Shown here piece by piece: positions 1-10,029 of a DNA stretch of 17,907 nt (positions are counted from its first letter, which is position 1; each line of letters opens with the position of its first letter). A model generated the notes under the pieces. The model did not search any database, was not told the origin of the DNA, and worked only from the letters and a program-made list of their open reading frames with translations. The DNA is taken from contig NW_021824796.1 in NCBI RefSeq assembly GCF_006345805.1, forward strand, positions 1 through 17,907, read 5' to 3'. This DNA is from Octopus sinensis (taxonomy: Eukaryota). Position numbers and translations under genes: made by a program.

Positions 1-165
1 GAGGTAGTATTCATGATTTTAATATTGAATTCAAAGCATGAATACTATTCTTCACTGTTTATATTTTATGTTATATAAAATGGGTATTCCGTTTAAAATT
101 ATATTTCCATATATAAACCTTAACACGGTAGTCGATAGAATAGTGGTCTGTCTGTTTGTTTTCTC

Positions 166-168
<3 letters not shown>

Positions 169-218
<50 letters not shown>

Positions 219-243
219 AGTCTTTCTCTCTCTGTTTCTTTCT
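169..243. repeat. (TC)n microsatellite
   Basis: Direct dinucleotide run with a degenerate 3' end. Confidence 0.95.
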
Positions 244-613
244 CTGTGTATATGTGTGCGTTTGTATGTCTGTCTGTCCATATATCTACACACAACACGC
301 ATGATTGTGTGTATATATATATACGTACAGGTATAATCTGAGTTTATGCGTGTGTAGCGTGTGTAGGGGGAGGCGTGAAGTTCAAAACAGTATTCAATGC
401 CTTGGGACAAGACATGTTTTTTTTATGTTTATTGCAGATGGGAATACAATTTTAGTCCTTTGAATTTTGTGTTCCCGAAAATCAAACTGGATATGAAGTA
501 CTGAATTCCAATCCGGCACTGACTGGAACCTGATATTCAAATAACCACATGTGAGGTTCCAGATTCAATACATACATGCATACATATTATACAGTAAACA
601 GGATATATATTTT

Positions 614-660
614 GTTGTTGATGATGAAATACCAAGGAACCTTGTATCTAGGTTAGAAAC
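614..660 (+). repeat. Fragment of an unclassified interspersed repeat; second copy at 2826-2876 in the opposite orientation
   Basis: gttgttgatgatgaaataccaagga-accttgtatctaggttagaaac aligns to the reverse complement of 2826-2876 (gttgttgatattgaaattccaaggaaggtgccttggatctaggttggaac). Both copies adjoin (CATA)n/(TATG)n on the same side. Confidence 0.65.
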
Positions 661-771
661 TTTTGAAGTAAAACTGAATAATGACAGACATAAATACACA
701 CATACATATACTTATATACACACAGCATACGAACACACGCACAAGTATACACACGAACATATGTGTGTATA

Positions 772-806
<35 letters not shown>

Positions 807-916
807 GATCAGTCTCTAAGGATTTTATTTTTGTTCCTCATCCGCCAGGCCTGTATTATGTAATAAAAACGAGAAAGAGTTCCCTATACACTGAACATGC
901 TGTGAGGAATGGACGA

Positions 917-1100
917 TCCAACGTTTCGTGCCCTGTCATTATTCAGAGGGAAAAGTCGAAAAGAGAGAAATTACTTAGGGGCTGCATAGCATCATAGCCG
1001 CTAAGTATGCTGCCTCTTTGTGTTTTAACCTCGAATGTTAATTCATTAATTTCTCTTTTCAACTTTTCCTCTGAAGAAGGAATATGTCCGAAATAGTTGA
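917..1100. mobile_element. Decayed fold-back element with two divergent hammerhead-like motifs (PLE-like remnant)
   Basis: Inverted repeat 942-973 / 1047-1075 (28 of 32 positions match). Plus motif: CTGAAGA-A-GGA atatg TCC-GAAA (1071-1093). Minus motif: CTGAATA-A-tgacagggcac-GAAACGTT (946 to 920). Internal hairpin tacttag-ggct..agcc-ctaagta (about 972-1007). Confidence 0.45.
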
Positions 1101-1391
1101 TTTCCACTCACCATGCAAGTTCACTAAATTCCTTTTATTGATTATATTAAACACCCCTCCCAACCACACACATATAACGACGTATGGATAATGTATCAAT
1201 CGGCTACAGCTGTTTCAACGATTTTTTTCTTGATTAACGGAAACATTACGTCATTAGAAAAAAACCGTTTCCATCAGGTGAATGCATGGATCACAGCATA
1301 CAAAACATTCTAAAGCTAACAGTATGTGCAACTTCATGATTCTATGAACATTGCTGGTTAGTTCATTTTGGTAGTATTATCTATCTATCTA

Positions 1392-1524
1392 TCCCTTTTA
1401 CGATCCCTTTTGGTCGAAAACCTACGCCACCTTTTTTCTTTTTTTTTTCATCCCCAAAAAGAAAAGCGCTCTACCTTGTAATTTGTCCCATCTGTGTGCA
1501 GCCCTGTGTGGCTAATAAAGAAAC
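1392..1524 (+). mobile_element. Retroposon 3' fragment sharing its tail with SINE family 1 (candidate LINE 3' end)
   Basis: 1482-1524 tttgtcccatctgtgtgcagccctgtgtggctaataaagaaac matches the tails of the SINEs at 5417-5646 and 15030-15260. The upstream sequence differs and has no tRNA head. Flanked by (TATC)n. Confidence 0.55.
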
Positions 1525-1525
1525 T

Positions 1526-1589
1526 TATCTATCTATCTATCTCTCTCTCTATATATATATATATATTTATATGTGTCTGTGTGTATCTA

Positions 1590-1660
<71 letters not shown>
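1526..1660. repeat. Compound (TATC)n/(TA)n/(GA)n microsatellite
   Basis: Direct inspection. Confidence 0.95.
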
Positions 1661-1775
1661 CACATGATCACGTGACCGACCAGACCATCAGATGTTGTTA
1701 CACATCGCTGGTCACAATGCGTTCGCATTGTTTTAGCCTTCGAATGACGCCACCCCGCTGGCTAAGCGAGCAGGC
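1661..1775. mobile_element. Short unclassified CpG-rich element embedded in microsatellite
   Basis: 115-bp GC-richer island between (GA)n and (TA)n, with near-palindromic end CACATGATCACGTG and internal hairpin ACAATGCG-TT-CGCATTGT (1714-1731). It resembles an octopus repeat from recall, unverified. Confidence 0.45.
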
Positions 1776-2189
1776 TAATATATATATATATATATTAAAT
1801 AAAGAGAAGATGGATTTGGTATTAAACTTTAATATGCACAAAGTTTGTTTCGACCCGTCCTGCTATTGCCTTTTATGTGTGGACTCCGTTCAACCATATT
1901 CTGTGTCCATCTAGTTAAGGAATTCCCTAACTAGATGGGCATATAGCAACATCGGTTACCTTCTCATTCTGATTTGTGATTTCGTTATTCGCCCCCTCCC
2001 CCCACCCGCCCTGGCTCCTAAGAAAATCCATATTAGAAGCGCTAAGCGCATTGCTATAACGCTGGAAGATATACTATGATAAAACGCTATGAAAAAGAAG
2101 ACAAAGTCGTAGCAAGTGCACGATCTTTTGGGATGTGCAGGACAACTGCATCGACAAGAGTTTAGAACGTACCACTTCTGCTGCTGCTG

Positions 2190-2201
2190 CAACTACTACC
2201 A

Positions 2202-2250
<49 letters not shown>

Positions 2251-2262
2251 TTACTACTACTA
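2190..2262. repeat. (CTA)n microsatellite
   Basis: Direct trinucleotide run. Confidence 0.95.
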
Positions 2263-2404
2263 CTTCCACTACAGTGAATGGTTTTATACCCATATATATA
2301 TGCTTGTTTGTGTGTTTCTATATACATATACATGTGTGTGTATATATATATGTACGTATACATATATGTATAAACACACACATATAACTAACAATTTATT
2401 AGTC

Positions 2405-2500
2405 ATGTGTATGCATGTATGTATGTATATATATATATGTATGTATGTATAGATATATATGAATGTATGTATGTATGTATGTATGTATGTATGTATGTAT
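2405..2500. repeat. (TATG)n/(TA)n microsatellite
   Basis: Direct inspection. Confidence 0.9.
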
Positions 2501-2825
2501 AAATGTAGAGTGGTGGCCAAAGTTTAGAACATATGTCTGAAAATTAGAATTTTATATTAAATGCCCAAAGTTATATTAAAAATAAGCAATTTGTTCTAGA
2601 ACCATATTTTTCATTTGGCTTATTTTTCCATTTAGATATTGAACAATTGCATCAGTTATTAAGCAAGTATATCTCAATATTGTTTATACTTAAATCGATA
2701 TGTACTAGGGCATAACCATTTTAATTTTTAAAAAGGTTTTACAAACTTTTGTCCACGACTGTATGTATGTAAGTAAGTCAATATTCAGTTTATTTCAAGA
2801 TTTCGTGCCAATAGAGAAAGAACCG

Positions 2826-2876
2826 GGTTCCAACCTAGATCCAAGGCACCTTCCTTGGAATTTCAATATCAACAAC
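2826..2876 (-). repeat. Fragment of an unclassified interspersed repeat (partner of 614-660) followed by (TATG)n
   Basis: In-window similarity to 614-660; contains the hairpin ccaagg-cacctt-ccttgg. Confidence 0.65.
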
Positions 2877-3204
2877 GGGGTATTTTTATACGTATGTATG
2901 CATGTATGTATGTACATATGTATGTATGTATTTATGTATGTTTGTATTATGTATGTTTGTATGTATGTTTTCTTTTATGTATGTATTCTCATGCATATAG
3001 TTACATACCTAGACATGCTCATATATATTTAAATGATAAACTTCTGGAAACTTTTACAGATTTTTACAGTTCCAGTGATGGATGGACTGGATCTGTAGTC
3101 TTCGAATTATCTTTCTGGTTCTGAGAAGCCTAATTTCTCAAGATTGGTATTTAGGTAGTGTTTTATATATTTCAAAGTCCCAATAATTACAGATATAAAC
3201 TACT

Positions 3205-3213
3205 ATGTATGTA

Positions 3214-3249
<36 letters not shown>

Positions 3250-3310
3250 TGTATGTATGTATGTATGTATGGATGGATGGATGGATGGATGGATGGATGG
3301 ATGTGAGTAT
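3205..3310. repeat. (TATG)n then (GGAT)n microsatellite
   Basis: Direct inspection. Confidence 0.95.
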
Positions 3311-3348
3311 GTATTTATGAATGTATACGCTTATTAAATAATCGGTAC

Positions 3349-3451
3349 CTGCTCGATAATATAATCTCCAACCACTCTTTGCGACAAAGTACATAGGGGT
3401 TTCCACCTCCCTGGTAAGACCGGGGTCTTCCTTACTGACAACAAGTTCAAC
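3349..3451 (-). CDS. Candidate internal coding exon, product unknown (phase-0 frame VELVVSKEDPGLTREVETPMYFVAKSGWRLYYRA)
   Basis: On the minus strand: acceptor ttttaatcatag|G and donor CAG|gtaccg around 103 nt of complex sequence that is open in two frames. No homology recognised. Confidence 0.3.
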
Positions 3452-3703
3452 CTATGATTAAAATTACTCTCACATAAGTTATAAGCATATTCCGCTAGTG
3501 ACACAAAAAATAAATCACGAATTAGAAAAGGCATATTTGCGCATGACGATTACGCCGTTTCAAGAGCTTCAAAATGGCCCTTAATAAAACTTGCTATATA
3601 TATGAGTTTCAGCCACGCCTTTAGACACAACGATGGTCTGAATGCTGTGTCCCACCGGAACTAATTCCGCCAGTGCTCTGCATTTATACCGAGCTGTTGG
3701 AGG

Positions 3704-3967
3704 CTAAGCAGAACCAAATGGTCTATATTTCATGCCATTCGCAAAAGAACTGGGTGTGGAAGTAATTTGGTTGAGGTAATCGTGGATGATAAATCCAGCT
3801 CCATTGAATGCTGGGGTATTTTCCTTAACACCCTTATCCTTCAGACTATCGCCGACGCCGTAACTTTTATAATTTGCGGCCTTACGGTAGGTTTGCTTGT
3901 GGGCGATTATGAAGCGGAGGTAGCACCAAGAGCCGTCCGAACTGGTTCTATCAGTGACCTCAGCATT
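3704..3967 (-). CDS. Candidate coding exon or decayed coding fragment, product unknown (NAEVTDRTSSDGSWCYLRFIIAHKQTYRKAANYKSYGVGDSLKDKGVKENTPAFNGAGFIIHDYLNQITSTPSSFANGMKYRPFGSA*)
   Basis: 87 stop-free codons start exactly after a tgcatag| acceptor. There is a possible internal donor ACC|gtaagg at about 3885, and the antisense frame is also open. No homology recognised. Confidence 0.3.
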   Translation of the reverse strand, partial: NAEVTDRTSSDGSWCYLRFIIAHKQTYRKAANYKSYGVGDSLKDKGVKENTPAFNGAGFIIHDYLNQITSTPSSFANGMKYRPFGSA

Positions 3968-3984
3968 CTATGCAAGCATATGAT

Positions 3985-4017
3985 ATATAATATATATATA
4001 TATATGTGTGTGTGTGG

Positions 4018-4058
<41 letters not shown>

Positions 4059-4190
4059 TATCTATGTATGTTTGTGTGCGTATTACATATATATTTATAC
4101 ATGTATATATATATGTACTTTTGTGTGTTAGTGTGTAGGAGTATATGTTGTACAATGTATCTGTTCACACACACACACACACATACACAC
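3985..4190. repeat. (TA)n/(TG)n/(CA)n compound microsatellite
   Basis: Direct inspection. Confidence 0.9.
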
Positions 4191-4334
4191 ATATATCATT
4201 TTATCTAGATACTTCAAGAACATTCTCTTTCTCTCTCACGCTGACCTCCCCCAACTCAACAAGTTCTTTCTTACTAATATTCTCTATCGCTCTTTTTTTC
4301 TCACTCCCTCACTCCTATTATCTCTATCTCTCTG

Positions 4335-4370
<36 letters not shown>

Positions 4371-4587
4371 TTTATTTTACCTCACCTCTCTCCCGACAAC
4401 AATGTCTAGTGGAGATAGTCTGATTGAATTAGATATAACATTCCTGTGACATGTTGTCTCGGTTCTATTTCCTACAAACACGCTTGCTTTTGTTAATGAC
4501 TTCATAATGTCAGCAAGAAGAGAGACGAAGACGGAAAGAAATATTTCATTTTAGATGGCGTCTGATAGAAAAGGCTAAATGACAAAG

Positions 4588-4873
4588 ATATATATGTATG
4601 TATATAAGTGTGTGTATGTATGTATGTATGTGTATATATGTATGTATGTGTATATATGTATGTGTATGTCTATGTGTATGTATATATATAGGTATATACG
4701 CAACACGGACACACACATATATATATATGCATATACAAATATACACATAAGCATATATATACATATATATATACATAATTATATATATATATACATATAT
4801 ATACATACACATATATTTATATATAGATAGAGAGAGAGACACACACACACACACACAAAGGGAGAGAGAGATC

Positions 4874-4912
<39 letters not shown>

Positions 4913-4956
4913 GGATTGGTATACATATATATTTACATATATATATATATGTAACA

Positions 4957-4990
<34 letters not shown>

Positions 4991-5000
4991 GCACACACAC
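4588..5000. repeat. Large compound microsatellite (TATG/TA/GA/CA/GATA)
   Basis: Direct inspection. Confidence 0.9.
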
Positions 5001-5416
5001 TCAGACACACCGATGATGCATAAGTTTCCAGTTGTGTTTAACTGTTCACCTCCCCTCAGACGAGACAACGCAATTCTTTTGTACAGATCAGTGACCACCA
5101 ATGCTTAATGGGGTGAGAACAAACCGAAGTAATGAATGTTGCGTCCCTGACGACGGCGGCAGCGGTGGAGGTGGCGCGATTTCTGCGATAATGCTATTGT
5201 CAAAGCAAGTAATGGGTGTAGTGGGACTGGGGTGTTAGTGGGGCTGGAAATGAGGTGTGTTGTTTTTCTTTAACACCAGTTCATACCCACAATGATTATG
5301 TCTTGTTTTATATCCGCTTTTCTTTCTTAAAAGCGGCTGGGTGTGATTGGAGGTAATTTTGGTTGGTACTTCTAGCTGTTCAGGGTACCATATTGAAGAT
5401 GTTATATCTATTTGTG

Positions 5417-5646
5417 GGCGGCGAGCTGGCAGAAACGTTAGCACGCCGGGCGAAATGCGTAGCCGTATTTCGTCTGCCGTTACATTCTGAGTTCAAGTTC
5501 TGCCGAGGTCTACTTTACCTTTTATCCTTTCGGGGTCGATAGATTAAGTACCAGTTACGCACTGGGGTCAATGGAATCGACTTAATCCGTTTGTCTGTCC
5601 TTGTTTGTCCCCCCTATGTTTAGCCCCTTGTGGGCAATAAAGAAAC
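5417..5646 (+). mobile_element. tRNA-derived SINE, family 1, full length
   Basis: Head ggcggcgagctggcagaaacg, B-box-like gagttcaag, tail ...gggcaataaagaaac. A colinear second copy lies at 15030-15260. Octopus tRNA-derived SINEs (OK/OR families) are established, but the exact family name is not verified. Confidence 0.9.
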
Positions 5647-6061
5647 ATATATCTGTTTATGTATATCCTCAGTTATCCCTAAAAACAGGAGTCCCATTAC
5701 ATACATCCTGGTTGTCTACCATACCCGAGGAATCACCAACAAATCCATAATTTTAGTTATTCCATGGCTTCGCTTAATTTGCGACCATATTTCCCACTCT
5801 CACATGCACGAAAGAATCGTATCTTGAATTGTGTAACAATCTGTCTTCTTGTGTGTGCTTTTTCTTGTTTCCATTGTTGGAGACTACAGTCAATCTGAAG
5901 CACGACCTTGAAGGACTCCACTAATTATTTTTCGAAAGTCTGGTTAATTAGAGGGACAAAAAGAAACCAACACCGATTGTCAAATAGATGGGGACACACG
6001 GTGACACAGGCACATACATACTCACACACACACACACACATATCTATATACAAGACACGTT

Positions 6062-6461
6062 TCCACGCGACATGATGGACTCATAGCAAGATAAGCAGTG
6101 CATGACCTTGCCGGTGGGGCCCGCTCAAAAGTTACCTGAATAAGGGTTGTTTAAGGGTGTTAAACAAATCACCCATGATTCCAGGAGTGAATTATTCGAA
6201 CTGCAAAGAATTCCTCACAACACATGGCTATGATGCTCCCCCACTACTTCTGCTCGTGATCAGAGATGCACATATTGTCAGCCATTAAGGGACATGCTCA
6301 ACTGGTTAAGGTCAAACAACTGACAAGCAAATCTGTGGTATTGAGCAGAATATTTGCTGTAGCCCATCTTTTCTACCAAGACAAAACAATGTACATGATA
6401 ACACTTCCAATCAGTTAAGATCAGAAGCCATGAGTGCCACTGCCTGATACTGCATCAGGGC

Positions 6462-6463
<2 letters not shown>
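6062..6463. mobile_element. Unclassified interspersed repeat ending in a (TTA)n array
   Basis: Complex 400-bp block abutting (TTA)n, with stops in all frames examined. Recalled as a common octopus repeat, unverified. Confidence 0.4.
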
Positions 6464-6512
<49 letters not shown>

Positions 6513-6622
6513 CATTATTATTATTTTATTATTATTATTATTATATTATTATTATTATTATTGTCATCATCGTCATCATCGTCAATATTATTATTATTAT
6601 TATTATCATTATTATCATTATT
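6464..6622. repeat. (TTA)n array with an internal (TCA)n motif
   Basis: Direct inspection. Confidence 0.95.
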
Positions 6623-6960
6623 GAAGGCGCATGGCTCAGAGTTAGAGCATCGAGCTTATGATCGTGAGGTTGTGAGCTCGAATCCCGGACCGGGCTGCGT
6701 GTTGTGTTCTTGAGCAAAGCACTTTATTTCACGTTGCTCCAGTTCACTCAGCTGTATGAATGAGTTGCGACATCACTGGTGCCAAGCTGTATCGACCCCT
6801 TTGTCTTTCCCTTGGATAACACTGGTGGCGTGGAGAGGGGAGGCCGGTATGCATGGGCAACTGCTGGTCTTCCATAAACCACCTTGCCCAGACTTGTGTC
6901 TAGGAGGGTAACTTTCTAGGTGCAATCCCATGGTCATTCATGATCGAAGGGGGTCTTTTA
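6623..6960 (+). mobile_element. tRNA-derived CORE-type SINE, family 3, tail type a
   Basis: A-box tggctcagagttag, B-box gagctcgaatccc and CORE-like gttgtgttcttgagcaaagcactt. The head is shared with 10536-10785, 14383-14706 and 15401-15673. Confidence 0.85.
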
Positions 6961-7002
6961 TTATCATTATTATCATTATTATTATTATCATTATTATTAT
7001 TA

Positions 7003-7033
<31 letters not shown>

Positions 7034-7130
7034 CATTATTATATTACTATTATTATCATTATTATTATTATCATTATTATCATGATTATTATTATTATTA
7101 TTATTATCATTATTATTATTATTATTATTA

Positions 7131-7165
<35 letters not shown>

Positions 7166-7228
7166 GTTATTATTATTATTATTATTATTATTTATTATTA
7201 TTATTATTATTATTATTGTTATTATAAT
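6961..7228. repeat. (TTA)n/(TCA) array
   Basis: Direct inspection. Confidence 0.95.
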
Positions 7229-7268
7229 ATTTTTAAAAGGATTGACGTAACTCTTCACAAAGGTAAGC

Positions 7269-7516
7269 AGTCAAAACGAAGAGCGCGATTCGATTGTATT
7301 AGATATTTTATTACTTGAACAATATTTCAACAGTACGTCTGTCCTTGTCAAGGTTTGTGGACGCTGGTTGCTCTCGTTCATACTTTACCTTTAAATTTCT
7401 GTAACTTTGAATTTTTATCGCTCCTTATTTTGAACTTGACAAAGAGAGACGTACTGTTGAAATATCGTTCAACTAATAAACTATCTTACAATAGAATCGC
7501 GCTCTTCGTCCTGACT
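7269..7516 (+). mobile_element. Fold-back element with two hammerhead motifs (PLE-like pseudo-LTR with an inverted 5' copy)
   Basis: Inverted repeat 7269-7352 / 7435-7516, with 8 substitutions and one 2-nt indel in about 84 bp. Each arm carries TTGACAA-R-GASAG acgta CTGTT-GAAA-TAT-Y-GTTCAA. Confidence 0.7.
7430..7472 (+). ncRNA. Minimal type I hammerhead ribozyme motif, U3-A8 core variant
   Basis: Helix I TTGAAC (7430-7435) / GTTCAA (7467-7472), core TTGACAA, stem II 7444-7458, GAAA 7459-7462, palindromic helix III ATAT, predicted cleavage after AUC (7466). Confidence 0.65.
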
Positions 7517-7530
7517 ATTATTATTATTAC

Positions 7531-7590
<60 letters not shown>

Positions 7591-7657
7591 CGTTATTATC
7601 ATGATTATATTATTATTATTATTATTATCATTATTATTATTATTATTATTATCATTA

Positions 7658-7702
<45 letters not shown>

Positions 7703-7744
7703 CATATTATATTATTATTATTATTATTATTATCATTATTATTA

Positions 7745-7776
<32 letters not shown>

Positions 7777-7781
7777 CATTA

Positions 7782-7840
<59 letters not shown>

Positions 7841-7856
7841 TATTATTATTATTATT
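7517..7856. repeat. (TTA)n array
   Basis: Direct inspection. Confidence 0.95.
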
Positions 7857-8064
7857 GCGAAAGATGTCTCTCTCATCATCCCAGCCCCTTTTTTTCTTTT
7901 AAACCTTTGCATCCGATGCACATGTCCCTTCTTTTTCAGTGTATAACGCGTATACTTTCTTTCTTTCATTTACTATTATTATTATTTCATGAAATGTAGA
8001 TCCCTCACTTTATTCTGTCTTTATATTGTGCCACTCATCCTTGGCTCTTGTGGAAAATAAATGC

Positions 8065-8178
8065 AATCATCATCATCATCATCATCATCACCATCGTCAT
8101 CATCATCATTATTATTATTGTTATTATTATTATTGTCATCATCATCATCATCGTCAATATTATTATTATTATTATTAT
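8065..8178. repeat. (CAT)n/(TTA)n compound array
   Basis: Direct inspection. Confidence 0.9.
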
Positions 8179-8298
8179 TGAGTGACAGAGCAGTGCATGC
8201 CATCAAAGTGACACTGGGGTAAAATATACAAAGCCCAGTATACCCATCATGACTACGTGTCTGATAAGGGCACACCAGGCACATGCATCACAACCATA
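8179..8298. mobile_element. Unclassified repeat fragment between (TTA)n arrays
   Basis: Complex 120-bp island inside microsatellite. It shares gcagtgcatg with about 6095-6105. Recalled as another part of the family at 6062-6463, unverified. Confidence 0.35.
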
Positions 8299-8315
8299 AT
8301 TATTATTATTATTAA

Positions 8316-8401
<86 letters not shown>

Positions 8402-8410
8402 CAGTAGTAG
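8299..8410. repeat. (TTA)n then (GTA)n microsatellite
   Basis: Direct inspection. Confidence 0.95.
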
Positions 8411-8486
8411 TATCTGGTAGTGTTTTTAGGATATTGTTTTATGAAATTTATTGCGTGTCTTTTGGATTTGGAAAATTAATCGAATG

Positions 8487-9033
8487 TCGGGCGATGTTCC
8501 GCGGTTGGTGCTTTCTGGGGACAAACCGTGCCTTTCGTCTTGTCGCGGATGGCCGTTGTGTCGATGTTAGCACTTACGTTGTATAATTATGCCGAAAGGA
8601 AAGAAATTCACTGAACGGATGAGTGATTCCGTACCTGAGCGACTGAGTGCCTGCTTAATTGTGTGTACGTGTCAGTGAAATTGCTGAGTGGTTGCGCGTT
8701 TGAATGATTGAATGCTTGTAAGTGCTTGAGTGATGAATTCGACAGGAAATGCGTGGGCTTGCCAGTGAGTGCATGGCTGAGTGAGACTGAATGAGTGAAC
8801 GTCTGCTGTCTGGGAAATAAACCAAACGCAGACACAAGTCCGATATTTTGGTGATTAAACCTCATGAAATGGAAATTAAATGGTTTTATTGTTATTGTCA
8901 ATGCTATTGTAGATGTTGTTGTGTTTGGCGTCATTATTGTCGTAGTTATTGTATAGCTTAAGCCCCCGCGGGCCGGCTCATATCGTGCATACTTATGTGA
9001 GGCATCATACAACCACCATTTTAAATCGTCTTT
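8487..9033 (-). repeat. Unclassified repeat, block order B-X-A; homologous to 10842-11127
   Basis: The reverse complement of 8487-8617 aligns to 10842-10976 (block A), and that of 8877-9033 aligns to 10977-11127 (block B). Confidence 0.8.
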
Positions 9034-9344
9034 ATGAAGCGACGTAGTTATACATTCTCCGACGTGTCTCCAACTTATTTACGACCTATCTGTCTGTCTG
9101 TATGTCTCTATGTCGAGGCAGTGTATCATTGAACTATGATACCGATATTTGATGCGACTGTTTGATAATGTGCCTATGTGAACAACACAAAAACAACAAC
9201 AACAACAACGACAACAAACACAACTTCGAAAGCTACTAAAACTATAATTAATATTACGACTACAAACGATAGGAACAACAAAGATGATAAAACGATGACA
9301 TAAACGGCAGCAGTAATATTCAAAAGCATTACAGACGTTACCAT

Positions 9345-9393
9345 CTTCATCATCATCATCATCATCATCAATATCATCATCATCATCATCAAT

Positions 9394-9434
<41 letters not shown>

Positions 9435-9554
9435 CATCATCATCATCATCATCATCGTCGTCATCATCATCATCCTCATCATCATCATCATCATCATCAT
9501 CATCGTCATCATCATCATCATCATCATCCATCATCATCATCATCATCATCATCC

Positions 9555-9595
<41 letters not shown>

Positions 9596-9611
9596 GTCAT
9601 CATCATCATCC

Positions 9612-9658
<47 letters not shown>

Positions 9659-9671
9659 GTCATCGTCATCG

Positions 9672-9702
<31 letters not shown>

Positions 9703-9746
9703 GATCATCATCCTCATCATCATCATCATCATGATCATCATCATCC

Positions 9747-9789
<43 letters not shown>

Positions 9790-9842
9790 TATCATCATCA
9801 TCGTCGTCGTCGTCGTCGTCATCAACATCATCATCGTCGTCG

Positions 9843-9883
<41 letters not shown>

Positions 9884-9928
9884 GTCATCATCATCATCAT
9901 CATCATCATCGTCATCGTCATTATCATC
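9345..9928. repeat. Long (CAT)n microsatellite, about 580 bp, with CGT/CCT/GAT variants
   Basis: Direct inspection; it generates the poly-M, poly-D and poly-I ORFs. Confidence 0.97.
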
Positions 9929-10029
9929 ACCACAATATATTATCAAATACATCAACGATTACGTTCAGAATAATGCTAACATCATGGAAATATCTATCTT
10001 CAAGAAGAATAACAATAATTTCTAATTTA

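Noticed and set aside
438-552. Plus-strand segment with acceptor ttgcag| and donor-like |gtgagg
   Set aside because: All three frames contain stops between the two sites.
1266-1278. Minus-strand CCTGATGGAAACG, resembling fused hammerhead boxes
   Set aside because: No stem II between the boxes.
5010-5105. Minus-strand frame LVVTDLYKRIALSRLRGGEQLNTTGNLCII
   Set aside because: Short, weak acceptor, phase incompatible with the 3967 candidate, and no recognisable homology.
5314-5336. 8-bp hairpin ccgctttt / aaaagcgg
   Set aside because: Expected by chance in 18 kb; bacterial-style terminators are irrelevant here.
6938-7999. Poly-Ile/Leu/Tyr/Asn ORFs, including the 214-aa ORF
   Set aside because: They are (TTA)n translations; the unique part is the non-coding hammerhead element.
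9079-9973. Long poly-Met, poly-Asp and poly-Ile ORFs (up to 284 aa)
   Set aside because: They are translations of the (CAT)n array, which has no stops in most frames.
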